Shown: one piece after another, positions 9,629 to 20,119 of the stretch
Numbering within the stretch: position 1 is the stretch's first letter
Layout of the letters: each line of letters begins with the position of its first letter
Virus record (IMG/VR): IMGVR_UViG_3300042860_004714
Length of the DNA: 60,044 nt
From: an uncultured virus (IMG/VR IMGVR_UViG_3300042860_004714)
Lineage: Duplodnaviria; Heunggongvirae; Uroviricota; Caudoviricetes
Direction: 5' to 3' (one strand)
Translations under genes and position numbers: made by a program
The notes under the pieces: model-generated
The model's database searches: none
What the model was told of the DNA's origin: nothing
Seen by the model: the letters and a program-made list of their open reading frames with translations, nothing else

Positions 9629-10560
9629 GCCCCTACTACAAAATCGTAGCCATCGAGAACGGCAATGAAGGCAGAGAGCGCCGCGCTGATTGGAGAGCGG
9701 ACAGAGCGGAGAAAGCTCTCGAGAAAGGCAACAAAGAAAAAGCAGAGAAGCTGGCGGCCAAGTCCGAACTGCTGCAAGCCACTACGATAAAGAGAGCAGA
9801 CACGATCTCTGGTAGAAAGACAGCAAGAGCGAAGTATTCAGAGCTTGTGTATAAATACTACAAAAAGAAAGAGTACAAGAAGGCCCAGGCAAACCTAATT
9901 TATGCCACGAACAACGGCGCGAGCTTGGGTCGGGTCGAAAGAGATTGGGACGGCAAATTCAAGAAGGGGAAGGACAGAGATAAGTGGGAGGAGTTTGTTA
10001 AGAGAGGCAAGAACTACTGCCCTGCCGTGAACCGCAGAAGAAACATCGCGATCAATGCACTTACAATCACAGCGGTCGTCGCCGCTGTTGGTGCGGGTGT
10101 TCTGACAGGAGGAGCTGCTTTTGCTGCAGGAGGTTCTGTAGCAGCCTCGATGGCCGCCGGGGGTGGCGCGGCTGTGGGGATTGCAGGCGCTTCGGTGGCC
10201 GGCATCAAGGGGGGTCAAGCTGCTGCGCGGGGCGGGTCAGTCAGAAAAACATCTATCGATGTGGTTGAGAAGGCAAAGAGAAAGTCAGAGGCGATCGAAA
10301 AAGGCAGCGAGAAACACACATCTGATGTGAGAAAAGAGCTTGAGAAGAAGCCGACCAAAAAGAGACCTTCGAAAGATGGCGGAGGCGATGATTACTTCGA
10401 CGATTCTGGAGAAGAGGGAGTTGTCGAAGAAGAAATTACATTCGCAGAAGAAGACGACAGCAGCACCACACTCATGATCGCAGGTGCCGGCTTGTTGATC
10501 CTCGGCGGAGCGGCGTTCGGCTTCTACCAGTACAGGAAACGCCAGCAGTCTGCGGAATAA
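9625..10560 (+). CDS. Membrane protein with Gly/Ala-rich hydrophobic hairpin and C-terminal anchor
   Basis: AIENG motif, long ITAVVAAVGAGVLTGGAAFAAGG segment, C-terminal TM + RKR. Confidence 0.8.
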   Translation: MSPYYKIVAIENGNEGRERRADWRADRAEKALEKGNKEKAEKLAAKSELLQATTIKRADTISGRKTARAKYSELVYKYYKKKEYKKAQANLIYATNNGASLGRVERDWDGKFKKGKDRDKWEEFVKRGKNYCPAVNRRRNIAINALTITAVVAAVGAGVLTGGAAFAAGGSVAASMAAGGGAAVGIAGASVAGIKGGQAAARGGSVRKTSIDVVEKAKRKSEAIEKGSEKHTSDVRKELEKKPTKKRPSKDGGGDDYFDDSGEEGVVEEEITFAEEDDSSTTLMIAGAGLLILGGAAFGFYQYRKRQQSAE

Positions 10561-10571
10561 GCAGCGTGAAG

Positions 10572-10601
10572 CAAAAAGGGGGCGCGTGCCCCCTTTTTTT
10601 G
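10572..10601. terminator. Bidirectional intrinsic terminator
   Basis: caaaaagggggc-gcgt-gccccctttttttg between convergent genes. Confidence 0.85.
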
Positions 10602-10649
10602 TTCCCGCGGCTGAATTCGCACGTACGTGCGATTTTCTGCCCGGGAAGA

Positions 10650-11279
10650 CTACTCGTCGTCTCTGTCTACGAGCTTTGCGCCGATGTTCGTGTGCATGAC
10701 GTAGAAGATAGACTTTCGGATAAAGTCGCTGATCGACCGAAAGTTGTTCGTGTAGATGTAAGACCGGATTTGGTACTCTTCTTCCGGGGTAAGAGAAACC
10801 GCCAGAGCCTGTCGCCGCTTGAGATGCTCCGGCTTGAGCCCATGTCGAGTTTGTCTCCTGTACTGGTTGAGCTCATCGGGACTGTCGGGTTTCCCGTACT
10901 GCTTCATCTTGTAGTTCTTGGCGGCCGCATCTTGCTGGCGGAGGCTTTCGGGAATCTCCTCAGGCGAAGGTACGTTCTTGGGAAGAAGATCAGCACGAGT
11001 GGTTGTAACAGGAGGCGGAGGAGGCTCCTTCTTCTTCGGAACCTCGTTCTGCTTCAATCTCCAGGAGTCAGGAATAACTGAACCATCGAGCTTCCGCTGC
11101 GATTTCGCCTCCGGGGGGAGTTCGCTGTACCTAACGGGCGTGATACGCTCTCTGGGAAGCGAACCGGCGCTACTGGATGCGTTCGTTTGCCCTAAATCAG
11201 GAGGGGCAGTGACCCCCGAAGCCTCCTGCTTGGACTTTTGAATTTTCTGCTCCAAATACGCGCGTGCGAATTCTCTCAT
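10650..11279 (-). CDS. Protein with C-terminal ribbon-helix-helix-like DNA-binding domain
   Basis: Pro-rich disordered N-terminus; RRQALAVSLTPEEEYQIRSY...SISDFIRKSI strand-helix-helix pattern. Confidence 0.65.
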   Translation of the reverse strand: MREFARAYLEQKIQKSKQEASGVTAPPDLGQTNASSSAGSLPRERITPVRYSELPPEAKSQRKLDGSVIPDSWRLKQNEVPKKKEPPPPPVTTTRADLLPKNVPSPEEIPESLRQQDAAAKNYKMKQYGKPDSPDELNQYRRQTRHGLKPEHLKRRQALAVSLTPEEEYQIRSYIYTNNFRSISDFIRKSIFYVMHTNIGAKLVDRDDE

Positions 11280-11389
11280 GGTACGAGCTCCGGGTTCGCG
11301 AACCGAATATATCTCGTTTGAGCTGGTCGGGCACGGAAAGCGTGATAAAGATGTGTGCCCGATCCACTGCTTCCAGAAAGGGAGAACTG

Positions 11390-14209
11390 ATGAGCGGTAA
11401 GAGGCAGACTGAAGACACTGAATCGATGGCAATGACGATGAGCAGCCGAAAGGCGCCGGCTGCAAAGAGGAGAAACAGACAAGAGGAAGAACCAGACGAA
11501 GAGCTTGACAGCTTCGCCTCAGAGAACCCGGAGCTCAATTCACTTTTGAACAGCCGCGAAATGCAGCAGTTCATGGCTGACGACGACCTCGAAGGCCTCA
11601 ATGACGAGAATGTCACGCATTTGCCTGACGCGCCGCTCATCGGAGGGCGGTCTACTACGTCAGACATGTGGGGGACTTCGGCCGAGCAGATGGGCCGGGC
11701 GATGTCGCCCAAGTTGTACAGCTCTGCTGCAAGTCATCCGACCGCGACGCAGTTCAAAGTGTGGCGATGGGAGAGTGGTGTTCCTACACTGCTGGGCGCG
11801 ATTGATATCGAAGCGTCCGAAGATGATTTCATCAAGCGGTTTTTGCCCGCCATGCCTGAGAAAGGGGATGGCCGTTTTCAGTTCCGCATGCGTCCTGTCG
11901 ACATCTCAGGAAAAGAGCTTGGCAAAGAGATTACGATCAACATCTCCGAGCATCACGCAACCTTGCACTACCTGAGGAGAAAGGAACAGAACCGCAAAGA
12001 CGAGGAGAACGCTCCCATGCACCACGGGTATCCTTCAGGCCAGCCCATTGTCATCAATCAGCCCCCTGCGCCTGTGATGTCAGATTCCTCCAGCGGAATG
12101 GAGGAAATGGGCCGGATGTTCGAGAAAGCAGTTGACTCGGCGGAACAGAGAGCGGAGGCTCTGCAGCGAGCTCTCGAAGACGAGCGAGAGCGGCTTCGTA
12201 TCGAAGAAGGGCGCCGAGCAGAAGAGCGCGTGAAGATGGCCGTCTCGTCGTCTGAGATTGTTCAACGCATGACTGAGCGCCTGATGCAGGTGGATCAGTC
12301 ACGCGCAGCCGAGCAGCTCAACGCGCAGAAAGATCAAGCAAATCTGCTGATGACTACGCTGACGACTGTGTTTCAGCAGCAGCAGGAAGCCTCCCGTGCT
12401 CAGGCCGAGCGGCTTCGTGAATCAGACATGCAGCGCATGAACATGGATCGTGAGTTCTTCCAGCAGCAGCGCTCAATGCAAGAAGAGCGTCGTCATCAGG
12501 AGAAGCAAGAGGCAGAAGCTCGGATGATGATGGAGCGCGACCGGCTCCAGCAAGAGCAGAAGCGCATGGAGAGCCAAAGAGCTTTTGAGCTTGAGCAGAT
12601 GCGCATCGAGGCCCAACGCCGTGACGCTGAGCTTGAGCGCAAGCGCTCTTCGGAAAAAGAGGAGCAGCAGCTTCGGCTTGAGCGCGAGCGAATGGAGATG
12701 GAACGCGCTCGACAGCAGATGATCGAAGAGCGTGAGCGTTGGCGAGTGGAGGTCGAAGAGCGTCGTCGGCAAGAGACGATGGAGTGGGAGCGCAAACGTT
12801 CCCAAGAGCGAGAAGAGGCTGAACGCCGTCGCCAGATCGAGAAGGAGGAAGCGGACCGCAAGGAGCGCGAATCTCGAGAGCGCTTCGAGCGTGAGCGCAT
12901 GATGTGGCAGCAGCAAGTCGAGATGCAGAAGGCTGAGCTTGATAAGTCTCGAATGGCCGAAGAGCGTCGTGCTCGAGAAGAGCGCGAGGCTTGGGAACGC
13001 AGACTTCTCGTCGAGAAGCAAGAAGCTGATCGCAAGGAGCAACTGAGAAGAGAGGAACTCCAGCTTCAGATGAAGCAGATGGAGATGCAGGCCCAGCGAG
13101 ATCGTGAGCATCAAGAAAAGATGATGGAGATGGCTCGTCTCGAACGTGAAGCCCAGCGCGAAGCGCAGCTGGCTCGCGAGAAAGTTGAAGCTGAACAGCG
13201 TGCTCTTGCTGAAGCCGAACGCACTCGTCAGCATCAGCTGACCATGCGCGAGATGGAGTTGACGAAGGAGCGTGATCGCGAGCACGCAGAAAGAATGATC
13301 CAGCTCAGCAAAGCGCAGCAGTCGGGCGGCTTCGGTCAGATGGGCGAACTGCTCGGCATGGAGACGCCTGAGCTGTTGTCCCGCATCTTTGGCGGTGGCG
13401 GAGCAGGAGGGGAAAGCAACAGCAGTTGGTCAGACGCAATTCCTAAGGTTCTCGGTGGTATCGCGGATGTCGCTAAGGCTGCTGTTTCTGTCAAGGCGCC
13501 GCCTCAGCCGGCTCAGCCTGCTCCTCGGGAGAGACCCGCGCCTCAGAAGCGCCGTCCTGAGCTTGAATCGCAGCCGATGGTCCAGATTCAGACGCCCGAA
13601 GGCCCTCGCATCATTCCGTTGGCTCTCGCGCAACAGCTCGGCTACAAGCCCGAGCCCGAAAAGGAGCCTGTCGCAGCCCAGGCTGAGTCTCCTGCCGCCA
13701 GACAAGCGCAGCAAGCTCCTAATCCGCAAAAGCCCGCAGCCTCTGTGCCGCGTCCGGCTCCCGTCAAAGAAGAGAGCATCGACGAGGAGACTGAAGGCAA
13801 CGATGACCAGGCCTCGCCGTTCCTCGCGGCCCTCGGTCCCATCGGCTTCGACGATGACTATCCGTCCTACGGAGCAACGGATACGAGCACTCTCGCCCGA
13901 ATGGCTGGTATCAAGCTCGTCGAGCAGAAGAGTGCCAGGAAAGGACTCAAGGCGCTGTGCGACAAGCTGCGGTCCAGTGATACGGGTGAGTGGAGCGGGC
14001 ACATCACAGCGGCTTTGATGCAAAACGCGAGAATGTGGGACTACATCAATGCAGTCTCGCTCAAGGCATGTCTCTACGAGGCAGGTGCCGAGGAAGATCT
14101 CGCGAACAAGATCGTGGCGGAACTCAGGAACAGCCCGCTCGTTCCTGATGACCTGCCCTACACGAAGAGAGAGCTCATCGCCAAGAAAGAGAAGGAAGGT
14201 GAAAAGTGA
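11390..14209 (+). CDS. Large coiled-coil protein
   Basis: GGAG SD + ATG 11390; globular N-domain, ~400 aa E/R/Q/M-rich helix, Pro-rich linker, helical C-domain. Confidence 0.85.
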   Translation: MSGKRQTEDTESMAMTMSSRKAPAAKRRNRQEEEPDEELDSFASENPELNSLLNSREMQQFMADDDLEGLNDENVTHLPDAPLIGGRSTTSDMWGTSAEQMGRAMSPKLYSSAASHPTATQFKVWRWESGVPTLLGAIDIEASEDDFIKRFLPAMPEKGDGRFQFRMRPVDISGKELGKEITINISEHHATLHYLRRKEQNRKDEENAPMHHGYPSGQPIVINQPPAPVMSDSSSGMEEMGRMFEKAVDSAEQRAEALQRALEDERERLRIEEGRRAEERVKMAVSSSEIVQRMTERLMQVDQSRAAEQLNAQKDQANLLMTTLTTVFQQQQEASRAQAERLRESDMQRMNMDREFFQQQRSMQEERRHQEKQEAEARMMMERDRLQQEQKRMESQRAFELEQMRIEAQRRDAELERKRSSEKEEQQLRLERERMEMERARQQMIEERERWRVEVEERRRQETMEWERKRSQEREEAERRRQIEKEEADRKERESRERFERERMMWQQQVEMQKAELDKSRMAEERRAREEREAWERRLLVEKQEADRKEQLRREELQLQMKQMEMQAQRDREHQEKMMEMARLEREAQREAQLAREKVEAEQRALAEAERTRQHQLTMREMELTKERDREHAERMIQLSKAQQSGGFGQMGELLGMETPELLSRIFGGGGAGGESNSSWSDAIPKVLGGIADVAKAAVSVKAPPQPAQPAPRERPAPQKRRPELESQPMVQIQTPEGPRIIPLALAQQLGYKPEPEKEPVAAQAESPAARQAQQAPNPQKPAASVPRPAPVKEESIDEETEGNDDQASPFLAALGPIGFDDDYPSYGATDTSTLARMAGIKLVEQKSARKGLKALCDKLRSSDTGEWSGHITAALMQNARMWDYINAVSLKACLYEAGAEEDLANKIVAELRNSPLVPDDLPYTKRELIAKKEKEGEK

Positions 14210-14766
14210 GTTTGGTCGACTTGTTCATGTATGCCTTGAACCGAATCAGAAGGTTTTTTGTCAAGGACCAGCCTGTTCGGTACATCAGCATCGGAGAACC
14301 GATCCGCAGGCCAGGAGAAGATGGGGAATCTCTGATCGAGTTGCGTGTTGTGGCGCCCACTCCGGCGCAAGTTCGGCAGGGAAAACACATTTTCATGGAA
14401 CTTCTGAAGTTCTGGTGCTCGCCCTTCACCGAGAACCCGCACAACTTGCCCGTCCCCGATCGCGTGAAGCGCCTCGAAGAACTCGCTCGCGGCGATGATT
14501 CCGTTCGATTGAAGCAGTACGTTCTGACTGTCGGCAGTTTGAACGCGTCAGTCTATTTGGGGTTAGAGCACTTTGCTCGAAGTGAGCCTACCTTTATGCT
14601 CAACTTCTCTGAGAAAGAGCGAAACAACTTGTGGGAGCTGTCTGATTTGGTTTCAGGGAACATGGCGTCGGTGTCACACATGCCGATGCCTGAGCTTCGC
14701 GTTCTTCACGACTACACACTCAAGTGGCGCAGAAAGCTGCTTGTCTCCGAGAAGAGGGACTTCTGA
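14206..14766 (+). CDS. Hypothetical protein
   Basis: GTGA-coupled, 186 aa. Confidence 0.7.
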   Translation: MSLVDLFMYALNRIRRFFVKDQPVRYISIGEPIRRPGEDGESLIELRVVAPTPAQVRQGKHIFMELLKFWCSPFTENPHNLPVPDRVKRLEELARGDDSVRLKQYVLTVGSLNASVYLGLEHFARSEPTFMLNFSEKERNNLWELSDLVSGNMASVSHMPMPELRVLHDYTLKWRRKLLVSEKRDF

Positions 14767-15260
14767 TGCCTATCGACGAAAATGGTAACTACGAGTGCGC
14801 GTTGTCTGGTGTTCGCTCCGCGCCCGGGGTGCTCTACGAGGCCGATGGTCTCGACGACATCCCGCCGGGTTGGGTGCAGGTTTCTTTTCGGCGCCGCTTG
14901 CCGAACCCAGACTACGTGCTGGTGCAAGAAGCCAAGAGAGACATGATCAACGGAGCGCTCGCGTCTGTTCCGGCAAATGTGCCTGACGAGGTTCGCGTCA
15001 GGCAGAAGAGGCTGATTGAACTCCAAGTCGAGTCTCAATTTGCGGGAGTAGAGCGCGGTATTGCGCCTTTCGTCCTCGTCGAAGAAATCGCAGTGATTGC
15101 GCCTCCCGAAGACAACGAAGACCTGCTCGAAGCAGTCAACGCCATGCGCACTGATCTTGGCCTCTCTGTTCTCGAAGCTGATTTCTTGTTTGGCGGCAAA
15201 GACGAGGCTGCGTCTGAGGAAGATGAGGAAGAAGGCGACGGGGACGCAGCAGACGAATAA
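14766..15260 (+). CDS. Hypothetical protein with acidic tail
   Basis: TGATG-coupled start MPIDENG. Confidence 0.75.
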   Translation: MPIDENGNYECALSGVRSAPGVLYEADGLDDIPPGWVQVSFRRRLPNPDYVLVQEAKRDMINGALASVPANVPDEVRVRQKRLIELQVESQFAGVERGIAPFVLVEEIAVIAPPEDNEDLLEAVNAMRTDLGLSVLEADFLFGGKDEAASEEDEEEGDGDAADE

Positions 15261-15335
15261 AATAGGTTTGCTTGTAGCACCCACAGAATTCGCCGTACCC
15301 TCCGTGTTGGAGTACACTCCCGCACGGAGGGTTTC

Positions 15336-16295
15336 GTGCCTGCCGACTTCGATATCTCAAAACTGCCTGCTCGCGTGACGACGATCGCCGAGTACGCAGG
15401 CACGAAAGTTCATCACCTGCCCGATTGGGGCGGGTACGATGACCCCAAAAAACTTGCTGTCATCAGACAGATCGCGCAATCGAGGGGTCGGGACCCCAGA
15501 ATCGCCAAGCAAGCGGTCGAGATTCTGCGCCAGTATAAGGTCCCCCCACGAGAGTATAGCAAGCAAGCAGCGGCTCTCCTGAAGTGGGTCCAGAACCCGA
15601 AGAACGTCTACTACGTCAACGAGCCTGGCGAGCGGCTGCAAGATCCCATCTACACGCTGAAGATCAAGATGGGTGATTGCGATGACCTCGCGATCCTTTT
15701 GTGCTCTTTCTTCGAGAGCATCATGCTGCCGTGGAGGCTTGTTATCTCTGGAAGAGACAAGGCTACTAAGCAAAAAGTTCGTTTCATTGAAGGCGGAGTC
15801 TACCCAAAGAATGTAGACTGGACGCACATTTACTGCATGGTCGGTACGCCTCCTTTCGGCCCCAAAGTGTGGTACTACTGCGAACCCACTGTCCGAGGCG
15901 TGCCTTTGGGGTGGGACGTAGTTGACGGAGACCCCGGCTACATCCCCGAGATGGACAAGCCCAGACCCGGCCCGGCCCAGATCGCCAAACCTCCGCCGCT
16001 CAACGGGAAAAAGGTCGAAGCCCATTACGGGTCGGATCTGGCCGCATCAGTAGCTTCGGCTGTAGCAGAAGATTCCGAGCAAAGCGCCGCACAGCAGCAA
16101 GGCGACAAGAAGTTCAAGATCAATTACGGGGCCTTGTTCCAGTCGGTATTCATCGGCGTAACAATCAGCGTGACAACTCAGGTTATTCTTGACTGGATTC
16201 GCGGGACAGGCGCCTACGAGGGACATGAGCCCGGCTTCAAGAAAGTCCGAAAAGTCTTTAGCTCCAGCGCAAAAAATACAGAGAAGGTGGCCTGA
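15336..16295 (+). CDS. Transglutaminase-like cysteine protease (putative virion maturation protease)
   Basis: YVNEPGERLQDP, GDCDD (catalytic Cys), WTHIY (His), YCEPT (acid); hydrophobic segment near the C-terminus. Confidence 0.8.
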   Translation: MPADFDISKLPARVTTIAEYAGTKVHHLPDWGGYDDPKKLAVIRQIAQSRGRDPRIAKQAVEILRQYKVPPREYSKQAAALLKWVQNPKNVYYVNEPGERLQDPIYTLKIKMGDCDDLAILLCSFFESIMLPWRLVISGRDKATKQKVRFIEGGVYPKNVDWTHIYCMVGTPPFGPKVWYYCEPTVRGVPLGWDVVDGDPGYIPEMDKPRPGPAQIAKPPPLNGKKVEAHYGSDLAASVASAVAEDSEQSAAQQQGDKKFKINYGALFQSVFIGVTISVTTQVILDWIRGTGAYEGHEPGFKKVRKVFSSSAKNTEKVA

Positions 16296-16296
16296 C

Positions 16297-19200
16297 ATGA
16301 TAAAGATCGCCCGCCAAAACGTAAGTAAGGCTGCTGCTTGTGTTGAAGTAGCGAGCGAGCATCTCCCTGCAGCTTACGTCATTCCGATTCCGTTCGCTTT
16401 GGCGGTTCAGGTAAGCAAATTTTGGAGTAGGCAGAACACGAAACCTCTTCGGGCTAGGCTGGCCGCGAGCGAAGAATACAGAAACCGCATGGGTGTTATG
16501 TTTTGGATCCCTAACGCGGTAACTGCATTGGAGAAAAAAGGTAGTCAAGTAATTGGCGATTTCGAAGACATCTCAAAGTACCCACACGTACAGATCAAGA
16601 ACGAAAAAGAGCTGAGTCACCTCAAGCAGGTGTTGGGCGAAGACTTTGGCGATACTCCGGTCTACCTGGCAGGCGTGGGGCCGCCCGACAGAGTGACGGT
16701 TTCGCTCTCCTCTCCGGCGAGGAGAAAGGGATTTGGGGCACTTCTTGTTCACTTGGCTACGCAAAGCGTCGACAAAGGCCGCTGGGGAACAGTTTTGGTG
16801 GTTCCTCCGCAAAACGCATACCTTGCTTCCGCAGACAAGAATTCAGATGATCCTCCCGAAGACATTCTGAACACAGCAGGTTTTGTGGCTGTAACTACAG
16901 CAGAAGTGAAGGCTTCGCGCAACTCGGAGCTCGTAAGAAAAGCTGCTACGAAGCTTACCAAAGGCATCAAAAACGAAGAAGACAAGAAGAAAAAAGTGGC
17001 CGGGCTTCTTTCGTGCATTGTTCGCAGATTGAATGATCAGGAAAATCACTTTTTGCGCTACTCATCAAAGAGTGTCTTAGTCGATAATTATGGTGTCCCC
17101 GAGGCGAAGATCAAGAAGCTGTATGACGGGAAAATCGCGGAAGCGCTCATGCGAGGAGGAGGGGACAGAAAGTGGACGAGAAAGACGCTGAAGGAAGAAG
17201 TAGATAAACTGTCATTCGCCTCGCCGGAGGACGTGAAACAGTTTTGCGAGGAAAGAGGAGTAGAGATTTCAGACAGTTGGCTGGAAGGTGCAAACGCATT
17301 GTTCGATGCTCTGGCCAGATTGCCAGAGACAGGAGACAAAGAGCAAGACGCTGAGATCAAGGAGCAGAATCAGGCTGTTTTCGATGCATCTTACTCGCCC
17401 TTCCCGTCTACTCTGGACTTGTCGCAAAAGGGTGTAATCAAGAAGAACGATAAAAATGTAGTTTCGGAGATACTTGTTGTTGCGTTCAACCCCACAGACT
17501 ACTACTCGAGCGAGAGAAAAGGTGATGAATTTAATAGTTATTTCGAGGGAAGGTTTGACAGCTCTGCGGAGGCTGCGTCTGCGTTAGGCCAATTCTTTGT
17601 TGAATACTATGCAGCAAGAGCGCCAGAAGAAGACGAAGGAGAGGAAGAAGCAAGGGCCAATTCGGGGCCCGCGTTCTCAAGTTCTTCCGGCACCAGTTTG
17701 AAGTCGGCTGACATTAAAAAAGACTTCGTGGTCATGTCTGTTGCCGTCTTAAAGGGTGAGGAGAAAAACTGGCCGGGCGGAGCAGAAACTTTTCCTTCGA
17801 AGACAGGCGCGCCCATTGCTTTGGGAGACAAGAGAAAAGTTGTTTTCTTCGACTTGGTCCCTGCTGCAGCTTCCGCTTACTACAGGAATGTAGGCAACAT
17901 CCTGGGTATAACCCTCAGCGCGAGCACAACGCAGCAATTGTTCGGCTCTTTGCTGAACGCCAGGCTTGAGCTTGACCCCAACTCAGACAGGGTTCACTTC
18001 GTCGAGAGAGAAGAAGGGAATTACTGGTTCAATCAATATCTGTTCAGGCCCAGTGTCCTCGAATACATGGAAAGAGTGGAGGCGATTGCTATCCGAAAGG
18101 TGAAGTCTCAAATCATCAAAGAGGGAGCAAAGCAGGGGATCACGATCAAGGAAGAGGAGATCAAACTGGAGCGAGAGGACATCGAATCTGAAATCCCCGA
18201 GGCTGTACAGAAATACTTTAAGTACTTGGTAGGGTCGCCGAGGGGGTCGAAAGTTGCAGGACAGCAGAGGGCACGAGCTGTGCTGGCGCAAGCCGAGACT
18301 TACGGTTCGAGGCTGAGCGGCGGCAAGGAGCGCGGAGCCAAGCAGCGTATCGTCTCTGTCGGAGGAAAATCTGTTTACGCGGCTGGCGTGACGCGCCCTG
18401 CCTTTGGTACGGGGGAGTCTTGGTTCCCTCTTGCTATCCTTCGTTTCCTTCAGGACAGCGATCAGGTTGAGTACGATGTTCCCTTTATCGAGAAGAGTGA
18501 GCAGAAGAGGATCAATTTGAGCGCCTTGGCCGCTCAATACGGCGTCGATTTGCCGGAGGAAAAAAACGAGAAAAGGTTGGAAGCTTTGCGGCGTCTCCGC
18601 GCTGTCGTTCAGGATGTCGCCAGGAGTCCTGGGGAAGCGCAGAGCATGTACAAGCCGAGCTCAACTTACATCTCGAAAAAGAACTACGAGTCCGAGGAAG
18701 AGTACAACCAAGAGCAGGATGTGTTCAGCGAAAATGATCAACTGTTTGCTCAGTTGAATCCGAGAAAAGTTAGAGACCGTTTTGTTCGCACTGCCCGCAA
18801 CCCTCGGCCGCCGCGCAAGCCGAGAAAAGAGCGAAAAGTGAGAGGAAATCCTACCGACAACTACAGGGATTACTTGAAGGCCGTTCTGAAAGGAGAAAAG
18901 CTGGAAGAGAGTCCTCCTCTGCGCGGGGAAGATAAAACATCCTGGCAGCGACTTGCGCGAGATGGGTTCCCCAGTCAGTACGGGCGCCGCGAAGATGCTT
19001 CTCCTGAAGCCTTTGTGGAGAGATCTTACAAGTTTGCGCCTGTTAGGTTGAAGGAAAGGGAAAGAGGTTCGTACTCGAACGTTGAGGATTCAGACTACAC
19101 GGACAGTTTGAAATCGCAAGAGGGCTTCACTCCCAGAGAGTTCGCCTCTGTAGTCGAAAGAGCCACCTCGAGCTACGGCAGGCGTGCGAAGAGAGGCTTG

Positions 19201-20055
19201 CCGGCCAGCAGTCTTCTCTGTGGCACGAACAGAGCGAAGAAGCTGAGCAGATACATGCTGCCGAACGCTCTTCTGCAAGCAGGTGAACCGGGTTACGCCA
19301 ATAAAAAGTGCGTTATCTGGGTGTCTCCTACAGATGCGGCTGAAGATCGCGTGATGTCGTTGCGCCGCAACGTTCACATTGACTGCGACTTCGTGGCCAG
19401 TGCAGTAGGCAGTTCACTCAACCAGCTGGTGTCCCTCGCTCTCCAAGATGTCCTTTTGTGGTTGGGGGCAAAGGTAGGCAGACAGCAAGATACTTTTGTC
19501 TATGTCGGGAGAGTTGGCTCCGACAAGCTGATTTTGGCGTGGAAGCCTGGAACCGAGTTGTCTTACATTGCCATGATGGAGCTTATGGCGAAAAAAACAC
19601 TGCTCGAAATGAAGGGTTATGACTCAAGAAAGGACAAGAAGTCTTACGCTGCGGCAGAACAGCTCATTATTGACTATTCGTCGAGGCTGCCCCCCGAGGA
19701 AGAGGAACCGCCCGAGACTCCCCCTCAGGCCCCTCCGCCGGCTCCGCCACCTCCCCCGCCGCCCCCGCCTCCGCCGGCTCAGGCGTCTGAGCCCCCTGCA
19801 GAGAATAAGCAACGTTCTCGCGGTGCTGCTCAGCCGTCACAGGAGCAGAAGTCTGAGCCCCCTGCAAAGGATAAGCCCCGTTCTCGGAGAGCAGCTCAGG
19901 GGGGAAAGGCCGGCGAAGGAAAAGCAGCAAAGCCCGCCCCAGGGCCGCGCTTGACGACAATGACTGGACGGCAAGGCGGGGTGCCTGGTGAGGGCCCGCC
20001 AAATGAAGAGTTGGCCGCAGGCCCGCCAAATGAAGAGTTTGACACGGACTGGTAG
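16297..20055 (+). CDS. Large hypothetical protein (~1250 aa) with NP motifs and poly-Pro tail
   Basis: Long ORF; ARQN, RANSG, ARNP, RGNP motifs; poly-Pro tract and short C-terminal duplications. Confidence 0.85.
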   Translation: MIKIARQNVSKAAACVEVASEHLPAAYVIPIPFALAVQVSKFWSRQNTKPLRARLAASEEYRNRMGVMFWIPNAVTALEKKGSQVIGDFEDISKYPHVQIKNEKELSHLKQVLGEDFGDTPVYLAGVGPPDRVTVSLSSPARRKGFGALLVHLATQSVDKGRWGTVLVVPPQNAYLASADKNSDDPPEDILNTAGFVAVTTAEVKASRNSELVRKAATKLTKGIKNEEDKKKKVAGLLSCIVRRLNDQENHFLRYSSKSVLVDNYGVPEAKIKKLYDGKIAEALMRGGGDRKWTRKTLKEEVDKLSFASPEDVKQFCEERGVEISDSWLEGANALFDALARLPETGDKEQDAEIKEQNQAVFDASYSPFPSTLDLSQKGVIKKNDKNVVSEILVVAFNPTDYYSSERKGDEFNSYFEGRFDSSAEAASALGQFFVEYYAARAPEEDEGEEEARANSGPAFSSSSGTSLKSADIKKDFVVMSVAVLKGEEKNWPGGAETFPSKTGAPIALGDKRKVVFFDLVPAAASAYYRNVGNILGITLSASTTQQLFGSLLNARLELDPNSDRVHFVEREEGNYWFNQYLFRPSVLEYMERVEAIAIRKVKSQIIKEGAKQGITIKEEEIKLEREDIESEIPEAVQKYFKYLVGSPRGSKVAGQQRARAVLAQAETYGSRLSGGKERGAKQRIVSVGGKSVYAAGVTRPAFGTGESWFPLAILRFLQDSDQVEYDVPFIEKSEQKRINLSALAAQYGVDLPEEKNEKRLEALRRLRAVVQDVARSPGEAQSMYKPSSTYISKKNYESEEEYNQEQDVFSENDQLFAQLNPRKVRDRFVRTARNPRPPRKPRKERKVRGNPTDNYRDYLKAVLKGEKLEESPPLRGEDKTSWQRLARDGFPSQYGRREDASPEAFVERSYKFAPVRLKERERGSYSNVEDSDYTDSLKSQEGFTPREFASVVERATSSYGRRAKRGLPASSLLCGTNRAKKLSRYMLPNALLQAGEPGYANKKCVIWVSPTDAAEDRVMSLRRNVHIDCDFVASAVGSSLNQLVSLALQDVLLWLGAKVGRQQDTFVYVGRVGSDKLILAWKPGTELSYIAMMELMAKKTLLEMKGYDSRKDKKSYAAAEQLIIDYSSRLPPEEEEPPETPPQAPPPAPPPPPPPPPPPAQASEPPAENKQRSRGAAQPSQEQKSEPPAKDKPRSRRAAQGGKAGEGKAAKPAPGPRLTTMTGRQGGVPGEGPPNEELAAGPPNEEFDTDW

Positions 20056-20080
20056 GATTAAGAATAACCGCCCGTGACAA

Positions 20081-20119
20081 GTGGCACCTCCTCCGTTACC
20101 TTGGCGGAGGAGGCGTCAT
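20081..20119 (+). promoter_or_regulatory. Hairpin sequestering the SD and start codon of the downstream gene
   Basis: cctcctccg (20087-20095) pairs with cggaggagg (20105-20113); the stem can extend over AU of the ATG at 20118. Confidence 0.55.
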
